From positions 124,001-188,000 of the forward strand of contig JBPGPT010000020.1 in the NCBI GenBank assembly GCA_051047955.1: a DNA stretch of 64,000 nt, given 5' to 3'. A program made the translations under genes and the position numbers. The notes below the pieces were generated by a model that was not told the DNA's origin, made no database searches, and worked only from the letters and a program-made list of their open reading frames with translations. The stretch comes from Cystobasidiomycetes sp. EMM_F5. Lineage: Eukaryota. Position 1 is the stretch's first letter, and the number at the start of each line of letters is the position of its first letter. Positions 52,943-64,000 of this stretch are shown here, piece after piece.

Positions 52943-55542
52943 ATGAAAAGCCATATAGCCCGCACCGCGGTAGTCGGCTTTGCCCTAGCTGGCGCAGTGA
53001 CAGCTCAGATCAACCTCCCTGCCATCAACATTTCTGCAATAGCCACTGGTCTAGAGCAGAAGGTTTTGAATGGAACTCTCTCATGCGCGGAGTGCAAGGG
53101 CCTATTTCAAGTAATTGACATTGGCTTCAATGTTGCCCCGTCCTTGACGAGCGAATTGATTGTTGGAGCGTGTGGGCTCTTAGGAGTGCCTCAACCAGAG
53201 GTAAGCAAGAGTCTCTCGCTGCAGCTTTCATGCCTCATAGCTCATCCCTTGATGCCTTGACGAATAGTGCGTTGGCCTGCTGCAAGAGCTGGGACCTACT
53301 CTGGTCTATGTGTTGGACAAGATGACATACTTTTCACCAAGTAATGCAACCACCGACGGTAAGCTCTTCATATTCCGCATGATGACTGGCACAGGGGCTA
53401 ATATCTTGTTTCGCCATGCCACACAGCCGATTATCTGTGCCCCATCATCAGCTCCGTCTGTGACTACCCAAAAACTATCGTACCGCCGCCCTGCACCATC
53501 TCTTCAAATAACAGTGCGGTGGCTGCCCCGAGCAATACTTTCAATTCCTCGAAGACGCCCCTGACGATCCTACATTTGTCCGACATGCACGTAAGTCTGC
53601 GATGTATCGTGATTCCAATACATCAGAAGCTCACAGTGCTTTCATTATCGCAGGTCGATCCGTTCTACCAGCCGGGAACCGAAGCAAACTGCCCGTACTA
53701 CATGTGCTGTGAGTTTACCATCGGATCGGACGGGCACACTCATCGCGACATGCTGACGAGATAACCAGGCCGCAATGAGACTAGTACATTGGCGCCCAAT
53801 TCGACTTCTAGGCTAGCCTCGACGTGGGGCGACTATCAGTGCGAGTGAGGCAGCGAATCCGTACAGCAGCTAGCGGCCCTTTCTAACCTTTCTATGCTAT
53901 AGCGCGCCTCCAAAGCTTGTCGACAACATGCTGGCAAACATCGAAAAGACCGTTGGCAAAAAGATCGACTTTACGATTTTCACGTAGGTCTGGGACATCG
54001 GAACCAATATGCGATTGTACTGAACTCGCTCTTGATTACATCCCGTGTCTGATGTACAGTGGCGATGTTGTACGTGCTATTTGGCTGATTTGGCGCTTGG
54101 GAAGGGTGCTGATGACAAGAACAGGCACCACATGCTGTTTGGGAGACAACTACTCCGACTAGTGAACTTGCTATAGCTGTAGGATACAATCTCACCAAGA
54201 AATATCTTGGAACGGTCTATCCAGGTAGACTTGTATTCGCTCACGTTTCTTCCTCTATACTTACACATTCTTTCGCACTTCAGCTATCGGTAATCACGAA
54301 TCCAGCCCTGTCAATTTGATGCCTCCGTATAACTATACAGATGCTCCCATACAGTCCAAGCCGTAAGCCACAGGATACACAGATCTCCTCGATTCAATCA
54401 AGGCTAATTGCGGTCGTCAGGATGTACCAATTCCTGTCTCAGCAGTGGTCGCAGTGGTTGCCGGCATCGCAAGTGGCCAGCGTTGTCAGCGGAGAAGGAG
54501 CATATACAATCAAACAAGGCAATCTCCGCATCATTTCGCTGAATACTGTAATGTGCTACGTCGACAATTTTTACACTCTGGTAGATTTCGCAAATTACGA
54601 CAAGGGTGGTCAACTGGGATTCGTCAATCAGCAACTGGCGTTGGCTGAGCAGAATGGCGAGCCTGTCTGGATCATCTCGCACGTCGGTGAGTACTGGTAT
54701 CAAAGGCTGGAGGTCATCACAACGCTCACACAGATAACTTGCAGCTCCCGGCGACAGTGCCTGCGGCAAACAATGGAGTAATGCATACAACAACCTCTTG
54801 ATCCGTTATAAGAGCACTGTAAGTCTCGACGAGTCGTATATTTCGGTCGATAAGGGTTGACTCGGCTTGTGTGAAGATTCGTGGTCAATATTCCGGTCAT
54901 ACTCACCGGGATGAGCTCAAGATACATTATTCTGATGCCGCACAGACCATTCCTATCGGCTTCAACCTGCTCGGTCCTTCAGTGACTACGTATACGTCGC
55001 TCAATCCAGGTGAGCTGATGCAATATACACAAGGTTGGCCTGTCCCAGTCTGACGCGCTGCTGGCTGCTCTTCAGGCTACCGCGTCTACACTGTCGATCC
55101 CGACACGTTCCAGCTGATTGACAGCAAAACGTATATAGCCAACATGTCCCTTGCAAGCACTTGGGATCGCAACAATTCTTCACCACAGTGGTTCCTCGAG
55201 TACTCTGCTCGCGATTATCTGCCAGGCTTTCCAGCCAACCGTGTTCTCGATGCCACGTTCTGGAATCAAGTAGTCCAGAACATGAGCGCTAATGGCGGGC
55301 AGAATGCGCTTTTCGACATGTACTTTCACTACCGAGGCAAAGCAGCGGACCTCGACGAAGAGAAGAAGCTTGCCGATCCATCCTTCAGATTGGAGGTGCT
55401 TGCGGATATCAAGGCCGGCAACTCAATCTACGAGGCGTCAAGACCAGATATCTTCAAGCGGTCTGTCGAGGAGCTGTCAGCGCCTGCACTTGGCAAGCAG
55501 AAGTGGTGGAAGCGCGAGTTGTGCAGTACACATCAGCATTGA
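52943..55542 (+). CDS. Secreted acid sphingomyelinase-like metallophosphoesterase with saposin-like N-domain
   Basis: Signal peptide, CAEC saposin start, HLSDMHVD, CCR, TGDVAPH, IGNHES, VWIISH, GHTHRDE and PSVT..LNPGYRVY. Confidence 0.92.
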
Positions 55543-55761
55543 TCAGCATGGCGAGGAACAACTAGGGGGAATGTTAGGATTAGGAGATGGAAAATGTTGC
55601 ATTTTGTATCGTGCAATTTGGGTTCTCCACTAATTGCGGCTACGCTTTTACGCCCACCACTCCGAGTTGCAACAGACGGATTAGTATCGGCGGCGGGGAG
55701 CTCCGTTGTTTTGAACCTAATCACCCTCATCCCCGCTATCGGCGTCTCCCCAACTCGTTTG

Positions 55762-57535
55762 ATGGACTTTATTCTGCGACGCGTAGGTCGTATCGCCTCG
55801 ACCGTGACATGCTCGAAGCGCATCGTAGCTGACTGTACCATCGTACAAGCCGGAATCGTACAAGAAGAAGTCCGGCTATCGGTTTGGCCAGACGCTTGGC
55901 GTAGGCAGTACCGGGCTCGTCAAGTCTGCGATATGGAACGCTGCACCGGAAGGGAAACCGCTGCGTGTTGCGGCCAAGATTGTGCTCAAGAAGAGCGTCA
56001 AAGGTCAAGAAAACATCGTCTACAATGAACTCGAGGTCTTGAAGGATCTCGACCACAGGAACGTCGGTGCGCTGCATGGCATGTATGGCGCACGCGAATG
56101 ACTTGCTGACGCGCTTCTGTGATTGCGGACATGCTATATTGCTGTGGTTGAATCGCCTCATGCAGTCAAATTACATGTGTGTCGTCACATCATTGGTTAA
56201 TCTCCCCGCAACGCAAACTGATGTCTAGTGATACAGGAATGGTTCGAGTACGCGTATATGGCGTCGAGACTGAGCTACACTGATTCTTACAATCGACAGA
56301 TCCCGAGAGAAATTCTACCTGATCTTCCAACTCGCCAGTGGGGGAGGTAAGGTGTCCGCATCAAATGAAGCACATCATTAGCACTCTCCGATTCAAGTTT
56401 GCTGATGACCCGTCTGTTTTGCTGTGTAGAGCTGTTCGAACGAATCTGCGAACGAGGCAGTACGTGACCGACTTGTCCGCAGTATCGTGTACTCAGTCAA
56501 CGACTCTCTCACTACAGAGTTCACTGAGGCCGACTCAATATCATGTGTCCGGGCAATTTTGGATGGTGTACAATACCTGCACTCGAAAGGGGTCGTACAC
56601 CGGGATCTGAAACCCGAGAACCTGCTCTACGAAGCTCCCGATAGCGAAACTCTGTTGATAGCGGATTTTGGTATTGCTCGGCACCTGGCGAGTCCTGACG
56701 AAGTCCTCACAACGCTGGCCGGGTCGCCAGGTTATGCGGCTCCGGAAGTTTTGAATCGCAAAGGGCACGGCAAGCCTGTGTAAGTTGACTGTTATCGAAG
56801 TGAATGACGACTCACATGATTCTTCAGCGATATGTGGGCAATTGGTGTCATCACCTATACCCTTCTTTGCGGTTATGTCAGTCGGGGCTTGTCAGAGACA
56901 GAACGTGCCTGACAACTATGCTGCCTCCATTATACAGTCCCCTTTTCGCTCAGAAAATCGGCAGGAGCTGATTGCAGAGACTACGAGAGCGAGAGTGGAT
57001 TTCCATGAGAAGTACTGGAACAAGATAACTAAGGAGGCAAAAGGTGAGTCCAGTCATGCCATCGCAGCGTTATACTGTTTGACGCAAAGCGATAAATTCC
57101 TCAAGAATTCGTACTTTCACTTATAAGAGCTGATCCTGCGAGTCGGTTGACTGCGGAACAAGCGAAGAAGCATCCAGTTCGTCAATACGAACAAAGCATA
57201 TTATGACTGTAAGGCTAAGCTTCAACGTCACTCATAACCAGTGGCTATCTGAAGTGGATCAATCGGAACTGCAAGAAGACATTTCAGCCGGGTTGAAGGA
57301 GAACTACGTCGCCCGGCAGCGCTGGCGCAAAGCTATCTCAGGTATCCAGGCTGCTGTCAGACTCAGACGTGGAATGTCACTCGGCTCATCGACGACCTCC
57401 TCCTTGAGTCAAGTATCGGAAAACGGAGCACGCACGAGCGAAGAATACAATACAGCAACGGACGATGAAGTGGACGAACCAGTACGGGAAGCTATCCGAG
57501 CGCAGATGTCGAGTATGAAGCTTTCGAATCCGTAG
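55762..57535 (+). CDS. Ca2+/calmodulin-dependent protein kinase (CAMK1 family)
   Basis: PESYKKKS.Y.FG.TLG, EWFESREKFYL, GGELFERI, VHRDLKPENLL, DFG, GSPGYAAPE and CaM-binding RWRKAI. Confidence 0.95.
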
Positions 57536-57710
57536 TGCCGTGATGAGTATGGAAGTATTCAGACTTCTCTCGTTGTTGTGAATTTATACTAGCATTACCG
57601 ATGTACGTCGTGATTCATGCTCAAGCATTATAATATTGTTCTTACATGCAGCAAGCTACAACAAACAAATAAGCAAGAAAATTTGCTGCGACAGGAGAAG
57701 TATACAAGCA

Positions 57711-60700
57711 TCAATCCAGCTTCTTCAGCTCAATATTCTCTGGTTCCCTTCTTTGCTCCCGTCTCTCGCGTGGCACAGCGCTATGTGGCTGCTCCATCTG
57801 CCGTTGTGCGGGCGCGGCAAAGTGTTCCTGGAGCGTGTTGTGCGCTACCTTGTATGCTTCATTGCCTATGCCTCTAGCTAGGGTTGTGACTGGTCCTACC
57901 ATATTTAATTGGATAGTAATGTACGCTCCCGCCGCCAAAAGCAGTAACAAGGTGAAATACAGAGGGTTCTTCAGTACCGCCACAAATTCGTTCCATCCAA
58001 GGACAGCAATGACCCCGTACATCCAGTATGGTATCTGGGAGATGGAAGAGACCATGCTTCGTTTGGCTTCAACGTAATACGCGTCGCTTTCCCTTCGGAA
58101 CCTGTCGGCTAGCTCGATCTGCTTCGGTTCAGACAATACGCTGAGCGACGAGTTGAAGTCGTAGTCAACGTCATCGGCGACGTCTGAGTATTGTGATCCT
58201 GCCTCCGGTAGAGCAGGGAGCAGGTTCTCGTCTTGAGGCGCGATTCTTGCGTAAAGAGGGATGAGAGATAGAGTCTCTTTCTTTGCGGTCTGGAAAGCCG
58301 TATCGAGATCGTCGTCTGGCCGCCATACCCGCGGTACACCGTCTTTGTCGTAGCGAAACTTATCCTCGAAGGCCAGCTTGAGCTTGATGAGCATTACCGC
58401 TTCGGCTGTCTGCTCGTCAATGATACTACGTAACGACAACCACGCTCTCTTTTGAAGTAATGACAGAGCGCGATCATTCTCGTCTTCCGTGCAGTTGAAG
58501 CCTTCATTTCGGACGTCAGATGAATCCAGGCTCTTCGAAGACGCAAAACATACTCTTGGCTCTCCTCTTATAGGTATCTTCGGCTTTGCCAAGCGCCTCG
58601 CCGAAAGCTTGCAGCACTTTGTCCCACATAGAAGGAGAAGGTTTGTTCAGGGCAAGCTCAACGCTCGGGGCAAACTGCTTCTTGATGTTGCGCTGAGAGC
58701 AGATTTTCAACGAACCTGCAAAAGAGCTATACTGAAGCGAACACGACTCTTACCTCTATCAATATGACCATCTTCTTAGTTTCATCGGCTCGCAGGGTAT
58801 GTGCTATGCTCGCGAGATCCTCTCGCAGTTGGGCGAGGGGTTCTTCGTAGCTCCAGTCCGTCTGGTCGAGCTTGACCGCTGTGCAGAACCATGCTCAGTA
58901 TTAGCTCTATACATGCGTGTACGCAATCTGTTTCTCACATTGCGCTTGGTTTTGAAAGTCTTGCTCAGCCTTGGCGTCTGCCGCCTTGACGAGCTGTCCG
59001 AAATCATATCCTTCGCCTTTGAGGGCGTCGGCCATGCTGGATCTGAAATCTTTGATGACGGCTTTGTGGACATTCTTGAGGTGGCCAACGAAGAGCGGGC
59101 TAAGGCTGTTATTCATCTTCGCCAGAAGCTCCGCATGCTTGCGGTCAAAAACACCCGCATGATACCGCGAGGCTGCGGCGTCAAAGCTCGCAAGAGCGGC
59201 AGATCTAGCTTGCGACATGGCTGTACCGAGCCCTTGTACAACCTGTCCTGCATCCACGGGCTTGCGATGCGTCGAGACTTGTGCCTCAAAGGCACCGAAA
59301 GCAACAGCTGCCAGCTCGTCGCATCGGAACTGTGCAAGGAGTTCCTGTTGCGTGGGAAGATCCAGATCTTTGTTTGACAGTACTTGTTCCTGCAGGCGAC
59401 GTACATCAGTGCGAAGACGTAGCGACCACGAATCCTTTCTGTATTTACCCATATGTTGGCAAGGTAAGGCGCAAACCCATCCGCCGGTATCCGCTTGTGA
59501 TATACTGGCTTGAAGACGTAGTCTGCTGATTTCGTTTGCACGAAGCGTGACCGCAATTGCTGCACGCCTCGCTCGAATTGCTCAGCTTGCAGCAATTTGT
59601 GTGGTAGACCAGTAAACTCCATGTCGAAGAAGTCACTGATTTGGGAAGTTTCGAGTCCTTCAGGCTATTCCCGCAATCGGCTTCAGAAGCGCAACAAGTG
59701 CAGGTGAAGGATGAGGATTACGTACTTTTGAAAGACCATCCCACACCCTGTTTAGATCCTGCCGCAAAGTCGCCGCCAAGTTGGCCAGCGGAGTCGAGCC
59801 ATAGTGATCACGAATGACAAACAGTAGCAGAGCTTTATCCTTGTGGTTCTGCGACCGTGATTTACTCGCTTGAAACAGGCCGAGATTCACCTCCAAGACG
59901 GTCTTGAGCAGCCCCATATTTGCGCCTTGATACAGGCCGACCTGGTGCTCCCATAGGTTGACAATCAGAACTTCTGCCGTAGCCATGCTGAAGAGAGCGC
60001 TTTTCCGCTCAAAGTCCTGGCAAGAAGCAGAAATTAAGTATTCTGTGAGCCACAGCGCAGCATGGGAGGCGCACTTGGTTTTCTCCTCGCTCGCGACCGT
60101 CTGTGCCTTCTACGTCCATTACGAGGACCGGCATGTCCTTGTCACGACACATCCAGATTCCTTGCATGGTATTATACAGTCGTCAGCGTGTATGTCCGGG
60201 CTCATCTAATCGAATCAACAAACCTTTCGTCGTTTGCCGGCGTTCGTTCTCAGCCATGATGTCAAAGGTCGTTCCGAAAACGCGATTGAGAAGAGTACCT
60301 GCGGCATAGTAGACTTGTCAAGGACCATTAAGAGATCATTGTAGACATGCACCAACTCTTTCCAGTGCTTTGCGAACCGAAAACAGCCACTACATTGTAG
60401 TCGAAGCCGGCATCGTCGAGATCCCATTTCCGCATATACTCAGAAAGCTTCGAGCTGGCAGGGATATGAAGAGTTATATCCTGTCACAATCGTCCAACGT
60501 GTCCATCGCCTACGTGAAATGCTGGTCCTGTTTGAGAATACCCATATTCAGCCCAGTGCAACTGGACCCAAACGGTGACGACGAGCCTACCTGATCCACT
60601 ACCTGCAGCCTGGCAGTATGGGCTACGTGGCTGCCATTGACGCCAGCTGACAATGCTGATGGCTGCAGCTGGCCATTCAGCGAGCTTCCCTCTGGCAGTA

Positions 60701-60809
60701 TGCTCTGGATTGCGACTTTGGCTTCATCGCTGGCCCCGGCGAGCGTTTCCTTGACCTGCTCGCTCGGATTCAGCAGCGCATCTTTGGCAGCGTCAATGTT
60801 CAGGTTCAT
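57711..60809 (-). CDS. SEY1: SEY1/RHD3 dynamin-like ER fusion GTPase
   Basis: [57 protein letters not shown] and C-terminal TM hairpin LGWNEF. Confidence 0.96.
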
Positions 60810-60924
60810 TGCGCTGCTTTAGCGAAATGTTGGCCAGAGTTGAGTTGGTAGTGTGCGCGAACATACGTCAACAATGAATATGGCAGATATCTGATCCGCG
60901 CGCGACATGGATGATCTCTATTAT

Positions 60925-62984
60925 CTACACCTGCGACAGCGTCCCGTCTATGAGCTCTTTCCGAACTGGAATCTGACTATTCCGCATCGCATCCTTGACC
61001 GCAGATATCGGTACCTCTTTCCTGTGGAATATCCCCGCAGCGAGCGCCGCTTCCACTTCTGTCGCCTTGAAGACGTCCACAAAGTGCTCCGGATTACCCG
61101 CACCGGAGCTCGCTACGACTGGGACTCTGACACTCCGCTTGACGAGGTCTACCAAGCGGAGATCAAACCCAGATTTCTGACCGTCCTTGTCGACGCTGTT
61201 GAGGAGTATCTCCCCCGCTCCCAGCTCTGCTGACCCTTGTACTAGCTGAACGACATCCAAGTCTCGCACTTCCCGTCCCCCTTTCACCGTACACTGATAC
61301 CAGCAGTAGCGTTCGCCATTTGGCCCAAGATCCGGCTTTAGAGTGCTTGTTGACGATCCAGGTAGAGACGTCGCCGCCAGATCTACCACACATGGCCTGT
61401 GTATCTCTGCGACTTCTTCAACTGTTTTCGCATACACCCGCTTAGGGTCGACTGACACTACGACCGCTTGCGAGCCATACGCTGCCGCAATAGCCGTAAT
61501 GCCATTGATCGGTGTCGCCCCATTCGTTGAACCCTTCTCTCCATTCCGACGCGACTTCTTGCGGGCTAAGAGTTCCTCTACAGCAAACACGGCATCGGAT
61601 CCGATACTTACCTTATCTGCTCCCGCCGCAAAATACGCCGATGCCACTTCCAATGCGGACCTCGCCGTCCCATCTGGGTCAACAGTGTCTCGTATCCCAC
61701 CTCCGATCGTCAGCGGCACAAAGACCGTCTCTGCTGCCTGCGCAACCACCGCCAACATTGGCTGATCGTGAAGCGGGCATGAGCGAAAGGATGTGATATT
61801 GAGCAGACAAATCTCGTCGGCTCCTTCGGTATAGTATCTTCGTGCAAGGTCGACTGGTTTCCCAAGGTTGCGCACTGCAGATTTGCCTTTTGCTTGCCCG
61901 AGTGACGTTGCTCCGTTCGGTAGGGGAACAGCCAGCTGAGCATCTTCCTCCTGTTGCGCTTCACGCACATCGTACTGGTCGCCTTTGGTGACTACAAGAT
62001 CTCCATCATCGTTCGCCCGGACATCGAGGCATGCAACGATGCGCTTCGTGTAGCCGTTCCGACGTAGCTTCTCCTTGATTTCGCTACTATTTGCAGGCAG
62101 GCTTACGATCTTATCGTGCGAGCGTGTGACTCCGTTTGACGAGAGCCATGCGTGTAGGATGTTTAGTCCGGCTTTCCCGCTCTTTTCAGGGTGGAATTGC
62201 GTTGCAAAGACATTGTCTCGCTGCACGGACGAGACAAACAGCTCATCGCCGTACTGCGACACGGTATGTACCCAGTCGGATGATTGCGGATCGTATCGTA
62301 CGGCATAAGAGTGGACGAAATAGTATGATGCACCGTCGTCTAAGAACCCGTATTTTACCATGTCTGCAGACTCTTGTGACGCCTCAGACGTCTTTAGCGG
62401 GATTGCGCCATTCCAGCCCATGTGAGGAACGGCCTTGTTGTCTGTACTGAACTTTCTGATCTTTGCCGGAAACACGCTGAGCCCCGGTACGCCTGGTGCT
62501 TCTTCAGATTCAGCAAACAGAACTTGCATGCCGACACAGATTCCGAAGCTAGCGTGCGGAAAGTGTGAGCCCAGCTTCCTCGTTTCAGATTTGATACAAA
62601 GTCCTCACAATGGCTTGCCAGAGGCAATAAATTCCTTGAGTGGTTCTGCATAATTCTTATCGCGAAGTGCGTTGGTTGCCTGTCCAAATGCTCCGACGCC
62701 TGGGAAGATGATTTGCTGGTAAGATGTGGATAGAATGAGCTCCTTGAATCAATATTCTTCCTCTCCGTCTGATGACACTCACGTCGGCTGCCTTGATGTC
62801 CTTTGGTGACTCGGCCCATTTGTATTCGAAGCCGAGCTGGGTTATCGCGTTGGCGAGTGACCGGACATTACCAGCGCCATACGAGAGGAGGTATCTGCAG
62901 GTATTTCAGCGTTATCGAGGGTAAGGTCAAGCTTCAGATTAGTTTGTATGATTTTTGGTCGATAGCGCAGTAGACTGACAGCAT
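60925..62984 (-). CDS. HIS7: Bifunctional imidazole glycerol phosphate synthase HisHF
   Basis: YGAGNVRSLAN, FPGVGAFG, GICVGMQ, QFHPEKSG, RIVACLDVRAND.GDLVVTKGDQYDVRE and ASSGAG. Confidence 0.97.
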
Positions 62985-63099
62985 AGTGATAAGACCGGTC
63001 AGAGACTCAACGTAGATTCCTAAACTTGTGAAACAGTGATGTAGATGTCGTCGGAGCAAAGTGTGTGCTTGCTTTGTGCTTTCCTCTATGTCGCTGATC

Positions 63100-63110
63100 G
63101 AGTCAGTCAT
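63100..63110. promoter_or_regulatory. Candidate Gcn4/CpcA-type element (TGACTC on minus strand) in the HIS7-SER3 divergent promoter
   Basis: gagtcagtcat lies midway in a 232-bp gap between two amino-acid biosynthesis genes. Confidence 0.4.
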
Positions 63111-63216
63111 GCACGCCATCTGTCGGCCAAATTTACGCCCTGCACATCTCCAACTTTGTCTGAACGTCTGAACAACTCAGCTGCGTCTTGGGAATTTCCA
63201 AGTCTTGTAGCAAACC

Positions 63217-64000
63217 ATGTCGCAACCCATCGCCATGCCAAACCTGTCGGGGCTCAGCCTCTCGCAGCACCAGGCTGATGCTGCCGCCAGAGCTGGGTCA
63301 AGCTTCACCTCATCGAGCCCCGGCGACCACTTTAGTCCACCAAAACATCACTACCCTCTTCAGGCTACGTCCCCAAAAGCTTCTCTCGCTTCACCGCTTC
63401 AGCATATCCCACCTGGCGCGATTCCATTGCCCAAACGCAGCACAAATGGCTTTGCAGCAGACGCTGCAGCCAGTCTCACATCGCCCGGCGGGATGCAGAC
63501 CGGATCGTCTACTGGTTCTGTCAGAAGTCCAAGACAGCGCTCAATGAGCCAGATTATACCCCCCAAAACCTTGACACCCTTTGTCCCAAGAATGCCAGAA
63601 CTCGACGAAGAGAGGGCACAGCCGAAATGCCTGCTACTGGAGAATGTCAACGAGAGTGCTATCGAGATGTTTAGAGCTCAAGGGTATATCGTAGAGACGG
63701 AAAAGAGTGCGCTCGGAGAAGACGAACTCATAAAGAGGCTTATTGCTGGCAATTACTCTGCTCTGGGGATCCGCAGCAAGACTAAAGTGACCTCAAAGGT
63801 TATTGAGAGTGTGAAGAATGTGGGTTCTGGTCGACGTGTCCAAAGTCAACATTATACTAATACTCAAATCATAGCTCATTGTCATTGGGTGCTTCTGCAT
63901 CGGTACAAATCAAGTAGACCTGCTAGCTGCAGCTCGTGCAGGTATCGCCGTCTTCAACTCTCCTTTCGCAAAGTCGGTCACGCTCAGAGCTGCGCTTGTG
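63217..64000 (+). CDS. SER3: D-3-phosphoglycerate dehydrogenase, 5' part
   Basis: LLLENVN, ALGIRSKTKVT, IGCFCIGTNQVDL and GIAVFNSPF. Confidence 0.95.
   Translation, partial: MSQPIAMPNLSGLSLSQHQADAAARAGSSFTSSSPGDHFSPPKHHYPLQATSPKASLASPLQHIPPGAIPLPKRSTNGFAADAAASLTSPGGMQTGSSTGSVRSPRQRSMSQIIPPKTLTPFVPRMPELDEERAQPKCLLLENVNESAIEMFRAQGYIVETEKSALGEDELIKRLIAGNYSALGIRSKTKVTSKVIESVKNVGSGRRVQSQHYTNTQIIAHCHWVLLHRYKSSRPASCSSCRYRRLQLSFRKVGHAQSCAC

Overview
Eukaryotic genomic DNA from a gene-dense, intron-rich fungus. The gene set and many short GT-AG introns with degenerate donors suggest a basidiomycete yeast, possibly Pucciniomycotina (inference). About 33 spliced protein genes can be traced by hand. In order: 3' end of a Tof1/Swi1-like gene, GDP-mannose 4,6-dehydratase, COG8, a GT90 glycosyltransferase, two tandem MATE transporters, an ankyrin protein, a small secreted Cys protein, DASH subunit Ask1, Sfk1-like, PPP4R2-like, a SET methyltransferase, a hybrid histidine kinase, Ku80, mitochondrial phosphate carrier, an RCC1-repeat protein, an orphan trypsin-like serine protease, MsrA, chorismate mutase, a monoglyceride lipase, DASH subunit Dam1, a BAH-domain protein, acid sphingomyelinase, CaMK, SEY1, HIS7 and the 5' part of SER3. 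I saw no tRNA, rRNA, CRISPR array or transposon. Most of the window is housekeeping. The best leads are the leaderless protease next to a prion-like low-complexity gene, the GMD/GT90/MATE neighbourhood, and splicing oddities (5-11 nt microexons, AAG/GAG acceptors, a NAGNAG site that creates a stop). Gene boundaries are manual splice inferences; no database searches were run.
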